From positions 2,767 to 66,766 of the IMG/VR virus record IMGVR_UViG_3300044695_005266: a stretch of DNA of 64,000 nt. One strand, written 5' to 3'. The stretch is from a virus. A program made the translations under genes and the position numbers. Numbering within the stretch: position 1 is the stretch's first letter; each line of letters starts with the position of its first letter. This document shows, piece after piece, positions 49,131 through 57,864 of the stretch. The notes below the pieces were generated by a model that worked only from the letters and a program-made list of their open reading frames with translations, was not told the origin of the DNA and ran no database searches.

Positions 49131-49925
49131 ATGACTATTACCAACGGAATACACAAAGGATTAGCAGACCCGACCTACCGCGCAATCGAAGGACTCTCGC
49201 AATCCGCGATGAAGTCTCTCATGCGCTCGCCGGGACATTTCCGGCATCAACAGGAGAACCCCCGTGAAGGCACTCCTGCTATGATTATGGGGCGACTCTT
49301 TCACCACTTAGCCTTAACGCCTGACGTAGCCCCGTGGTGGGCGATTAAACCTGATGGGATGTCGTTCGCCACAAAGGAGGGCAAGGCATGGCGGGCAGAG
49401 CAGATAGGGGAAATCGTGAGTCAAGATCAATGGGAACAGAGTAAGGGCATGGCTATGGCCGTGCGCCAGCATCCCGCTCTACCGATTTTCGAGGCAACCG
49501 AAGTCTCGATATTCGGGGAGATGGACGGGGTGAAGGTCAAGGCACGGCTGGATGCGCTGGCTGGTGACATTTGGGATTTGAAGTCCACCGATGACGCTAG
49601 GCCCGAAGGATTCGGCAAATCCATCTTTACCTACGGCTACTACATCCAAGCTGCCTTCTACCTTGATCTCTACAACGAGTTCGCGGAGAAAAAGGCTGAG
49701 TCGTTCTACTTTGTAGCCGTTGAGTCTGAACCGCCGCACGGTTGCCGGATTTACCGCCTGTCCGATGATGCCGTGGAGCAGGGGCGCAACGAATACCGTC
49801 GCTTGTTGCAAGTGTTCAAGTTCTGCGCGGCTCACAACTCCTGGCCGATATACCCTGACGAGGTATCGGAAATCGGGTTGCCGAGTTGGGCTATCAAAAC
49901 CTTTAACGTCAATCCATTCCAATGA
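49131..49925 (+). CDS. RecE/exonuclease VIII-like PD-(D/E)XK nuclease
   Basis: LSQS, KARLD, DLKST, YGYYIQAAFY, FVAVE. Confidence 0.9.
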   Translation: MTITNGIHKGLADPTYRAIEGLSQSAMKSLMRSPGHFRHQQENPREGTPAMIMGRLFHHLALTPDVAPWWAIKPDGMSFATKEGKAWRAEQIGEIVSQDQWEQSKGMAMAVRQHPALPIFEATEVSIFGEMDGVKVKARLDALAGDIWDLKSTDDARPEGFGKSIFTYGYYIQAAFYLDLYNEFAEKKAESFYFVAVESEPPHGCRIYRLSDDAVEQGRNEYRRLLQVFKFCAAHNSWPIYPDEVSEIGLPSWAIKTFNVNPFQ

Positions 49926-50068
49926 ACAACCCCGACACCGATTGCCGCAAATGTGGTGCGCCGATGAACCTTGTCGCCACATCAAACTTCACGATTACAG
50001 GGTATCTCTGCGAGAAGTGCGACCATTGGAATGACTTGAAGCGCAGGAAACCGAGGAAGAAGAAATGA
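49922..50068 (+). CDS. Small Zn-ribbon protein (48 aa)
   Basis: Hand-translated CRKC...CEKC; ATGA coupling. Confidence 0.6.
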   Translation: MNNPDTDCRKCGAPMNLVATSNFTITGYLCEKCDHWNDLKRRKPRKKK

Positions 50069-50292
50069 CCGCTACACATCTAGACGGACTCGACAAGTGC
50101 GACCTGCACAAGCGCACGCCATACGGCATCACGAATGTCCGCATGACACAATTCAGCATTGCGCGACACTACGGGGGAATCACGTTCAACGGTGACACGT
50201 TCATCTACTTCCCCGACACGGATGAGCTTGTCCGGGATGACGTTCTCAAGTGGAAGAAGAAATCACAGAAGAAACCAAGGAAGCAGAAATAG
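50065..50292 (+). CDS. Hypothetical protein
   Basis: 75-aa coupled ORF. Confidence 0.6.
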   Translation: MTATHLDGLDKCDLHKRTPYGITNVRMTQFSIARHYGGITFNGDTFIYFPDTDELVRDDVLKWKKKSQKKPRKQK

Positions 50293-50326
50293 CAGTTGAC
50301 TTGTAAACTTGTAAACATTAACAGTC

Positions 50327-51202
50327 ATGGGTATGTATGCAAAACTGATGAGCAGAATCACCGAATCCTCCTTAATGGAGGAAGCCGTTCCCGTTCGCTA
50401 TGTCTTTATGATGATGCTGGCTATGGCCGATCCTCAAGGATACGTGATAGGGACTGATGTGGCGATTGCCCGCAGGATGAACATATCGGTAAAGGAGTTG
50501 CAGGATGCGCTTGTGCCGCTGATGTCGCCCGACGAAAGCTCCAATTCAAAGGAACAAGATGGTCGTCGCGTGATACTGTCTGACTGCGAGCGGGGATACT
50601 ACTGCGTAAACTATTGCAAGTATCGGGATACGCGCAACGAAGAAGATAGGAGGGAATACATGAGGGACTATATGCGTAAACGCCGGAGCGGTAACGATGT
50701 AGCTGATGTAAACTCTTGTAAACTCGGTAAGCTGCCGTTAGCCCAAGTAGAAGCAGAAGAAAAAGAAGGAAGAAGTAAGAAGGAAGAAGTCGGTCAAACT
50801 TTGTCAAACGATGTCAAAGACCGTCAAACTGCAACTCGCAAACCCGCGATGCTTCCTGATGCCGATTGGATTGCTGGACTGCAACGGATGGATGCCTATC
50901 GCGGCATCAACATTCCCGCTGAACTGCAAAAGGCTCAAGTTTGGTGTGAAGCGAAGCGTCGTAAATGTTCCCGTCCTTTCTTTGTGAATTGGATCAATCG
51001 TGCGTGCGCGGATCGGTCTGTCACGACGAACTTCCAGTTACAGAAACCCGCGAAATCCCGTGGACAGTGTATCGGGGAAGCAGGACAACGCTATGCCCTG
51101 TTGGAGAATTACAACGATTGGCCTAAACGTCCTGACGGGACGAATCAGACTCCCGATGAAGTCGGGGATGCGGATTGGAAGAAACAACTACCTGCGCTAT
51201 GA
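50327..51202 (+). CDS. Second phage replication initiator
   Basis: YAKL.SRITESSL N-terminus, RREYMRDYMRKRR, FFVNWINRA C-terminus; upstream of dnaB. Confidence 0.75.
   Translation: MGMYAKLMSRITESSLMEEAVPVRYVFMMMLAMADPQGYVIGTDVAIARRMNISVKELQDALVPLMSPDESSNSKEQDGRRVILSDCERGYYCVNYCKYRDTRNEEDRREYMRDYMRKRRSGNDVADVNSCKLGKLPLAQVEAEEKEGRSKKEEVGQTLSNDVKDRQTATRKPAMLPDADWIAGLQRMDAYRGINIPAELQKAQVWCEAKRRKCSRPFFVNWINRACADRSVTTNFQLQKPAKSRGQCIGEAGQRYALLENYNDWPKRPDGTNQTPDEVGDADWKKQLPAL
50707..50830. repeat. Iteron-like 10-bp-phased repeats (probable origin 2)
   Basis: TGTAAACT x2 (50707, 50717); GTCAAA x4 at 10-bp spacing (50793-50828), flanking a purine-rich tract. Confidence 0.65.
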
Positions 51203-51513
51203 ACTCTCAGAACGAACTCGACTTTTCCGGCCCCGCGCTGCGCGACAGTGGCATATCCAAGGTTCTCGCCAATAACGAGGAATGGAAGCAACGCTTTTTC
51301 ACGGCTGCTGCGATGATCGTTCAAGCCCGTGGAACAGTTACCAGCGATCTAGTGGTTGAGGCGATAGGCGAGCCGGATGGTAGCCCTAACGTCATTGGTG
51401 CGGCTATGCGGTCATTCGCTGTCAGCAACAACCTGCAAGTGGTTCACTACATGAAAAGCCAGAAGCCCAGGCGTCATGCTGCGATTGTCGCGGTATGGGG
51501 GAGAGTGATATGA
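51199..51513 (+). CDS. Hypothetical phage protein
   Basis: Start MNSQNELDF coupled to the upstream stop. Confidence 0.65.
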   Translation: MNSQNELDFSGPALRDSGISKVLANNEEWKQRFFTAAAMIVQARGTVTSDLVVEAIGEPDGSPNVIGAAMRSFAVSNNLQVVHYMKSQKPRRHAAIVAVWGRVI

Positions 51514-52811
51514 GTGAACAGACTTACCTTCCGGCAATTCACCGGATGCTCCCTCAATCCGAAGAAGCCGAAAAAGGGGTGCTATCGTGCCTCGTTCTAA
51601 GCCCAAACGAGGTAGGTGCGATATGCAGCAAGATGGGCATCACTCACAAGCACTTCCTGATTCCCGCTCACTCCCTGTTGTTTCGAGCGGCAACCGCGCT
51701 ATGGAAAGCAGGGAAGCCCCTGGACTTCATCACCCTGACGCAGTTCCTCCGCGACAAGGGCAAGCTGGATCAAGCGGGTGGGGCTGCTGCCGTTTCCTCC
51801 CTGTTCACGTTCCTGCCAACTGCCGCCAACGCTGAATACTATCTTGGCTTACTCACGGAAAAGGCGATTGCTCGCGCTTTGATTCATATCGGGACAAAGT
51901 ATGCGAGCAAGGCGTATGACGAGCAGGGCGGGGTCAATGCGCTCGCGGCTGAACTGCATAGGGAAGTCTGTGAACTACTAGGGCAGGGGCGGATCAAGGA
52001 TCAGCCTATCAAGGAAGTCTTGAAGGAGATTTTGCAGGAGATAGCCAGCGGGAAAGAGGATGAAAGCAATCTGCCGACCTACATCCCGGCACTCGATCAG
52101 AACTTGAAGCTCTATCGTTCTGACTTTGTAGCTATCAAGGGCGGCACGGGTAGCGGCAAATCCTCTCTAGGGTCACAGATTATCGTGGAGACGGCTATCA
52201 GGGGCAGCAACAACTTGTTTTTCCCGCTAGAAATGTCAGCGAAGCAATGCCTTAAACGGGCTATCGCGGGCATATCCGGTCACAACATGGAGGCTGCGCG
52301 GTTCCAGATGAAGGTTGCGCTCAGGACAGGCGATATGTCAGGGACACAGCAGATGCAACAGGATGTCGCCGGAGCCGTGCAAAAGCTGATGGCGAGTAAC
52401 CTACGGATGCCGAAGTCGTGCAGGACGCTCAACTCGATTATCGGGGAGTGCAGAAGCGCGAATGCGGAGAAGCAGCTAGATTATGTCCTCATAGACTACA
52501 TACAATTATTGCACGTTGAAGGCAATTTCGGGACTCGCCAACTCTCCATCGGTCACGCGACACAAACGCTCAAGCAGCTGGCCGACGAACTCAAGTGCAT
52601 CATCATCACCCCGTCACAGGTGAATAAGGACGGGGTATCGCGGGAAGCTGCGGACATCGAGAACGACGCCAACTCTGTAATCGCCATTGACTACAACAAG
52701 GAGGACGGGACGCGCAAGGTGCGCGTGGAGAAGCAGCGCGAGGGTGCATCGGGTATCGAGGTTCCGCTGGAATGGAATGGGCCTTTAACCAAGTTTGAAC
52801 CTATAAAATAA
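51510..52811 (+). CDS. dnaB: Replicative DNA helicase, DnaB-like
   Basis: LPQSEEAEKGVL N-domain, GGTGSGKS, LEMS, IDYIQL, SQVN, IENDA, KQREG. Confidence 0.92.
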   Translation: MSEQTYLPAIHRMLPQSEEAEKGVLSCLVLSPNEVGAICSKMGITHKHFLIPAHSLLFRAATALWKAGKPLDFITLTQFLRDKGKLDQAGGAAAVSSLFTFLPTAANAEYYLGLLTEKAIARALIHIGTKYASKAYDEQGGVNALAAELHREVCELLGQGRIKDQPIKEVLKEILQEIASGKEDESNLPTYIPALDQNLKLYRSDFVAIKGGTGSGKSSLGSQIIVETAIRGSNNLFFPLEMSAKQCLKRAIAGISGHNMEAARFQMKVALRTGDMSGTQQMQQDVAGAVQKLMASNLRMPKSCRTLNSIIGECRSANAEKQLDYVLIDYIQLLHVEGNFGTRQLSIGHATQTLKQLADELKCIIITPSQVNKDGVSREAADIENDANSVIAIDYNKEDGTRKVRVEKQREGASGIEVPLEWNGPLTKFEPIK

Positions 52812-53080
52812 TGAATACATACATCATAGATTGGGGCGCGGGAGCCACTGGCGGAAGATACGCCTTGGTTCAAGCGGAGACAATTCAAGAAGCAATAGAT
52901 GCCATTGATGGAGCGGTTGGCTGGCCGTTTAAGATTGGAGAGCTAGTAATTCCGATGTGCGAGGGTGCTAGATACGTGGATATTGATCCGCCTAAAAAGC
53001 CTTTTTTCGGAAAGAAGCTATCATCAATCAGAACAAAATGGGTGGATGATTGGATTAAAGATCAACCGATATTCCCATGA
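52811..53080 (+). CDS. Hypothetical protein
   Basis: 89-aa coupled ORF. Confidence 0.6.
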   Translation: MNTYIIDWGAGATGGRYALVQAETIQEAIDAIDGAVGWPFKIGELVIPMCEGARYVDIDPPKKPFFGKKLSSIRTKWVDDWIKDQPIFP

Positions 53081-53268
53081 AAATAACCGCCATGTCCGAC
53101 GCATACGACAACTACGACGACCCTGATCCCGATAACCTGCGCCATGAGTTCGGGAAGCCGAAGCGCAAGGGATTCGATTGCGCCGATGGATTTTGCGGGG
53201 CTGGCGATTGCCGGAAGTGCAATGGCGCGTATGCAGAGAAACGGGAGGAAGATGAAAACGCACCTTGA
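53077..53268 (+). CDS. Small Cys-cluster protein
   Basis: CADGFCGAGDCRKC. Confidence 0.55.
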   Translation: MKITAMSDAYDNYDDPDPDNLRHEFGKPKRKGFDCADGFCGAGDCRKCNGAYAEKREEDENAP

Positions 53269-54202
53269 CCTTTTCAGCGGAATCGGAGGATTTGCGATAG
53301 CCGCGCAAGCCTGCGGATATACAACAATCGGCTTTTGCGAAAAAGAGAAATATGCACAACAAATACTCAAAGAACGGTTCGGAGCGGTTCTGGTTGACAG
53401 CACAAGCGCGGGACTACCGAAGCGTCACGGGGCGGGAGCACTTACAGCGGGAGAACGCCATGCAAAACTTGAATGTAGCAGCAGTATATTCCCAACGCTC
53501 CACCCCGACATCTTCGACCTCGACGGAGCCGACTACGCCGGGGTTGACCTGCTCACAGGGGGATTTCCTTGCCAGCCTTTCAGTGTCGCCGGGAAGCGAC
53601 GAGGCGCGGAAGATGACCGTGCGCTCTGGCCGGAAATGCTCAGAGTTATTAACGAAGCAAGACCCCGTTGGCTCATTGGTGAAAACGTTGCTGGAATCGT
53701 CACGATGGAACTCGACAATATCCTTTCTTCACTGGAAGCAATCGGTTACTCCTGCTGGCCGCTTGTTATTCCGGCTTGCGCCGTCGATGCCAGACACAGA
53801 AGGGACAGAGTTTGGATTGTGGCCCACGCCGACCGTTCAGGACAGCGACAAGGCGACGAAGAAGATGCGGAGCGAGCATCAAAATAACCTGACAGCGGTG
53901 GTTTTCAACAGTCCCATGTTTCCGACGCCAACTGCGAGGGATCACAAGGGCAGCTACACCCCGGAGGCGATGACACGGAAGGACGGCAAAAGCCGGATGG
54001 ATGGGCTTCCGCAGGCAGCGGCATATCATGCGGATGGAAACCCGAATCACAGTGGTTCGCTGAATCCGGCATGGGTCGAGTGGCTCATGGGATACCCCAT
54101 CGGTCACACCGTTTGCGCGGATTGGGAAACGCCATCGTCCCGCAAGTCGCGGAAGAAATCATCCGAGCAATCGCCACAATAGATGAACCCGCACACGATT
54201 AA
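53252..54202 (+). CDS. C5 cytosine methyltransferase alpha frame, interrupted by one in-frame TAA at 53885-53887
   Basis: DLFSGIGG, GGFPCQPFS, ENV, RDRVWIV before the stop; the same frame continues to GRVAHGIP..RLRGLGNAIVPQVA (motif X) and TAA at 54200-54202. Confidence 0.8.
53352..54182 (+). CDS. C5 methyltransferase beta polypeptide, nested in the +1 frame
   Basis: 276-aa open frame with WPTP/FPTP repeats and LNPAWVEWLMGYPIGHT (motif IX-like). Confidence 0.75.
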   Translation: MHNKYSKNGSERFWLTAQARDYRSVTGREHLQRENAMQNLNVAAVYSQRSTPTSSTSTEPTTPGLTCSQGDFLASLSVSPGSDEARKMTVRSGRKCSELLTKQDPVGSLVKTLLESSRWNSTISFLHWKQSVTPAGRLLFRLAPSMPDTEGTEFGLWPTPTVQDSDKATKKMRSEHQNNLTAVVFNSPMFPTPTARDHKGSYTPEAMTRKDGKSRMDGLPQAAAYHADGNPNHSGSLNPAWVEWLMGYPIGHTVCADWETPSSRKSRKKSSEQSPQ

Positions 54203-54560
54203 ACGCTTATTCCCGAATGCCTCTGCATCCCTGATACAAGCCAACCTACAAGACTATGGACAAGCTCACGTTGATAATCCCCGGACGACTCCCGTTGTGG
54301 AATCAAATACTTGCGATGCACCACTGGAAACGAAAGAAGTTCAAGGACGCGCAGATGGACGATTTCTTGTCCGCGTTATCAGTTGCCGCAAGCGACTTGC
54401 AGATGAGGACGGGTTGTGCGAAAAATATGTTTTGGATTGCTGCCGATACGCTGGCCTCATTCCAGACGACTCGCCGGAACTCTGCAAAATTGAAACGAGC
54501 CAAAGGAAAGCCGCGAAAGGCGAAGCGGAGCATACGATCATCGAAATAACACGACCATGA
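54183..54560 (+). CDS. RusA-like Holliday junction resolvase, catalytic half
   Basis: RKRLADEDGLCEKYVLDCCRYAGLIPDDS...TIIEI. Confidence 0.7.
   Translation: MNPHTIKRLFPNASASLIQANLQDYGQAHVDNPRTTPVVESNTCDAPLETKEVQGRADGRFLVRVISCRKRLADEDGLCEKYVLDCCRYAGLIPDDSPELCKIETSQRKAAKGEAEHTIIEITRP
54256..54549 (+). CDS. Nested +1-frame ORF resembling the RusA N-terminal strand/helix
   Basis: MDKLTLIIPGRLPLWNQILAMHHWKRKKFK, with its own ATG. Confidence 0.55.
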   Translation: MDKLTLIIPGRLPLWNQILAMHHWKRKKFKDAQMDDFLSALSVAASDLQMRTGCAKNMFWIAADTLASFQTTRRNSAKLKRAKGKPRKAKRSIRSSK

Positions 54561-54775
54561 ACACCGACGAACTATTCACCCTGCCCCCGTCACAACCTTC
54601 ACCCCTGCAATCCGCTCGCAGGGCATTGGCTGATGCTGAACGGGATTACGCCGCCGAGCGCGAACGCTGGAAAGAAAACTCGATTGAGCTAGAGCCGTAT
54701 CGTCGTGCCGTGAACCGATACTCGGAACTCGTTAAAGCCGAAGAACTTAAAGAACTTAATAACCGCGCTGGGTAA
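54557..54775 (+). CDS. Hypothetical helical protein
   Basis: 72-aa coupled ORF. Confidence 0.55.
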   Translation: MNTDELFTLPPSQPSPLQSARRALADAERDYAAERERWKENSIELEPYRRAVNRYSELVKAEELKELNNRAG

Positions 54776-54904
54776 ATTATCCCGCTTGTCTGCTGCTAAA
54801 GCCGTTCCTGTCTTTTGAAAAGAGTCACAGGGATGAACTAAAGTGGTGGGTAAAGAACAAGTGCATCTGCATCGTGTGATGCGGGTGGCGCGACCCCTTT
54901 TTAC

Positions 54905-55207
54905 ATGAAAAAGCCAAAGCAGGAGGGTGATTTCGTAGCACAGTTTCACGCCTCAAAGCCTAAGCTGTCCGACTTCCTGATCAAGCATGACGTATGCACC
55001 TACTACTCGAAAAACTGGACAATCGGCAACCCGTGGATCGCGTGGTTTGCTCATCCGAAAGATGATCCAGAGCATCGCAGTTTCGTGCAACTTGTGGAGC
55101 GGTATTCGATGGAAGCGTGCGCTCGGCGCAACCTGTGCGCAACTGGACGGGATAGGGAGGATGCGTGCAGGAATCTAGCCAAGCTGAACAACCTGACGTT
55201 CCCGTAA
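54905..55207 (+). CDS. Hypothetical protein
   Basis: 100-aa ORF. Confidence 0.55.
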   Translation: MKKPKQEGDFVAQFHASKPKLSDFLIKHDVCTYYSKNWTIGNPWIAWFAHPKDDPEHRSFVQLVERYSMEACARRNLCATGRDREDACRNLAKLNNLTFP

Positions 55208-55428
55208 TACGCATATACGGTCACGGGTTGTTCTTCGTCCACTCCACGAATAGCGGGAAGGATTATCTCGTTGATCTGTCTGATCCGGAGTGGCCGGATG
55301 GACAATGTGACTGCGCCCATTTCCGCTATGTCCTGTATCCCTTGATCGTGCGCGGGTTCCCGCCTGCGAACAGGGCTTGCAAGCATATCGAAGCTGTGAT
55401 TCAATCGGGTTTATGGAAAAAGACGTAA
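55165..55428 (+). CDS. SWIM zinc-finger protein (start uncertain)
   Basis: YLVDL...CDC..F...CKHI. Confidence 0.7.
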   Translation: MQESSQAEQPDVPVIRIYGHGLFFVHSTNSGKDYLVDLSDPEWPDGQCDCAHFRYVLYPLIVRGFPPANRACKHIEAVIQSGLWKKT

Positions 55429-55931
55429 CGCCTGCCCCCGCCAGATCGGAATACTCGGATGAACAGAAAGACGCGCTCAAGGTTCTCGTTATCGAGATCG
55501 GGGTGACGGCAACGAGCAACCGATTAGGCATCCCCCGCACTACATTGCAATCGTGGGTGGATCGTTACGGCTGGCTCAAGGAGATTCCTAAGCACCTGCT
55601 TCCGACTCGCCGGAGGAACAAGATGAAGATGAAGCCGGGGGACGCGCTTGTGCAGGAGTTCAAGGACTTGGACGGCGATTCTCGGATCAACCTGGCGCGT
55701 GGACTGAACAAGGGTGCGCGGGCAATCGGGCAAATGAACGGAATCGAAGTCGTGGAAAAAGCTACGGAAGTGAAATCCGTGGTGCAGAGCATCGCCATTA
55801 CTCATGCTTGGGATTCAACCAGACCCGTGAACAAGGTGTCACTGTCCATCACGGGTAACGGCAAGGCGATTGAGGGTGCGGTGGAAGCTGAGTGGCAGGA
55901 GATTGGGGAAACGAATCTGTTGGAGGATTAA
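55413..55931 (+). CDS. HTH protein, probable terminase small subunit
   Basis: YSDEQK...LGIPRTTLQSWVDRYGW HTH, helical middle, acidic tail. Confidence 0.55.
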   Translation: MEKDVTPAPARSEYSDEQKDALKVLVIEIGVTATSNRLGIPRTTLQSWVDRYGWLKEIPKHLLPTRRRNKMKMKPGDALVQEFKDLDGDSRINLARGLNKGARAIGQMNGIEVVEKATEVKSVVQSIAITHAWDSTRPVNKVSLSITGNGKAIEGAVEAEWQEIGETNLLED

Positions 55932-55938
55932 AAGGGAA

Positions 55939-55971
55939 TCGCCCCGCCCATGTCGAGACACGGACGAGGCG
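55939..55971. terminator. Imperfect hairpin between convergent operons
   Basis: TCGCC..TGTC-GA-GACA..GGCGA. Confidence 0.35.
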
Positions 55972-56310
55972 ACTATCCATCACCACAATGAAAGGTTTAT
56001 CCGTATTAACTATTCCGGTGCTGCCGGGATTGCTGGTTGCGCGGGTTCGGGCTGCTCGGTTGTCGGGTTGTCGTCTGCACGGTCACGCTGTTCAAGCTCT
56101 CGGCGTATAGCCTCTGCGCGGGCGCGGTTAATGTCGAGGATGAAGTGGAGAAGGTTCATGGCTTTGCTTGTTTCATTTCCGCCCTTAGCTGTTTTGTAAG
56201 TTTTGCGAAAAAGTCCCGGCTGGTTCTTGCGCTTTCGTAGCGCATTCGCAGTAACTTAAAAGCCTGCAACTTCCTTGCCTTCTTTCTGGCGGATTTGGTG
56301 ATTTTCTTTT

Positions 56311-56526
56311 TCATGACTTCACCTCCCCGCCTATGCCTCGCGCTATTGTCGCGGCTGCGATGTCGCGGTTTGTCACTGTCTGCCCCATAAAAATATGCGT
56401 TGCAACGTATCGGATTGCCACGATCTCCCCTGCCAGATTGCGGGTTGTCAGCATATCGGTCACGGTGCATTCCGTTGCGTGCTTGCCTATCGGGGTGAAC
56501 TTTGTGCCTATCGGGTAGTAGTTCAT
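56311..56526 (-). CDS. Hypothetical early protein
   Basis: 71-aa coupled ORF (YPIGTKF). Confidence 0.65.
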   Translation of the reverse strand: MNYYPIGTKFTPIGKHATECTVTDMLTTRNLAGEIVAIRYVATHIFMGQTVTNRDIAAATIARGIGGEVKS

Positions 56527-57224
56527 GCTGCAACCTCCTGCAACGCTGCTACGGTGTTCTGCAATTCTTCGACTATCGCTCCTATCGGGGCTGCAACTCT
56601 TACCCTGCGCCCCATTTCCACGGCTACGCTGTAAGGGTGGACGGCAACGCCTACGGGATGCCCGATTGCACGCTTCCTGCGCCCCGCCTTGGGCTTTTTA
56701 GCGGTAATCGGTGGTGGGAGTGCCTGTCCCCGCCTTTCGTCGTGGAGCATCCCGTCTGTAAGTCCAGCAATAAACTGCCGTTTCACGTTCTGCTCGATGC
56801 CCGGTGTCTTGGCGAACTCCTGCCATAGTCGGGCGAAACTTTTGCCGATGGATTCCGCCAGTGAGCGCAAGCCGGGCATAGCGGAAGCGGGGGAGGCTAT
56901 GCGGATTTCTAGCTTGGCTCCGGCATAGCGGAAGCTCCCCGCCAGCCCTAGCTGGCTTTCAAATGCCCACTTGATAGCGGAAGCTATATCTCCATCAGCA
57001 TCCGGCAATTCAATCAGCGGTTGCGCTTCGCCTCGGATGCAATGGGAAAAGGCGAAGCCGGAAAAAATGTCGCCTGTTGCTTCTGGTGGAGTGGTGAAGT
57101 CGTAGCGGGTGCAAAGTTTGGCGAGCTTCGCGGCTGCGCTTTCGCGCTCTCCATCGGTTCCGCGTTCCGCGAGTGCTGTTAGCTTCGCGTGAAGTGTCCA
57201 GTGTTTCGGGGTTGCGGGGTTCAT
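56523..57224 (-). CDS. DUF2786-like early protein
   Basis: KLTALAERGTDGERESAAAKLAKL..RY N-terminus. Confidence 0.6.
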   Translation of the reverse strand: MNPATPKHWTLHAKLTALAERGTDGERESAAAKLAKLCTRYDFTTPPEATGDIFSGFAFSHCIRGEAQPLIELPDADGDIASAIKWAFESQLGLAGSFRYAGAKLEIRIASPASAMPGLRSLAESIGKSFARLWQEFAKTPGIEQNVKRQFIAGLTDGMLHDERRGQALPPPITAKKPKAGRRKRAIGHPVGVAVHPYSVAVEMGRRVRVAAPIGAIVEELQNTVAALQEVAA

Positions 57225-57511
57225 TGCGCCACCTCCGCATAATTTTCTGCTGGCATCTTGATCGCTCCGATCCGCAAGTCAGCGCAAACGTCGCCATTGT
57301 ATTCCCGCGACGTATAAAACGGGGCAAATCCTACCCGCGATCCGATCCACTCGTTCCGCGCTCTACTGTCTGCGCTGTGCTCAAGTGGCGGGAAGGGTGC
57401 GGCAATGCTGATTTTGATATACTGCCGCATCGATCCGGCTCCGATCCGGCATCGTTTCAGCTTCACGCCTAGCATATGCTCAAGCGTTGCCTTGTAGTGG
57501 TTCGCGTTCAT
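57221..57511 (-). CDS. Hypothetical early protein
   Basis: Coupled ORF. Confidence 0.6.
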   Translation of the reverse strand: MNANHYKATLEHMLGVKLKRCRIGAGSMRQYIKISIAAPFPPLEHSADSRARNEWIGSRVGFAPFYTSREYNGDVCADLRIGAIKMPAENYAEVAQ

Positions 57512-57864
57512 ACTGTTGCTCCTTTCTTCTCGAAAATGTCTGCCAGTTCTGCCTCGTATTGCGCTGCATCGTCAAAAGTCTCGATGTATCGGGCAAAGGT
57601 CGGGTAATGGGGTGCGCTTGCCGTTTGGCGATGCCAGTGGATCGATTTCTCGCGTGCTGTGCATGAGACTTCGCGGAAGCTAGGGATTCGCCCCGCATAG
57701 TTTTTCTGCTTTTCAACTGTTGCCCATGCAACCTCGTCGCCGGGTTGCCCCGCCCCGCAAAAGCTGAAAACGGTTTCCGCTCCTGCGATGCAACCTCCGC
57801 AACTTGTTCCGGCGATTCCCCATAGCTTGCGCTTGATCCGCCTTGTGAGGATATAGGTGATCAT
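57508..57864 (-). CDS. Hypothetical early protein
   Basis: Coupled ORF. Confidence 0.6.
   Translation of the reverse strand: MITYILTRRIKRKLWGIAGTSCGGCIAGAETVFSFCGAGQPGDEVAWATVEKQKNYAGRIPSFREVSCTAREKSIHWHRQTASAPHYPTFARYIETFDDAAQYEAELADIFEKKGATV

Noticed and set aside
53885-53887. Genome-wide stop-codon reassignment
   Set aside because: TAA, TAG and TGA all end well-defined genes, and the giant ORFs are open in the standard code; only this one internal stop was seen.
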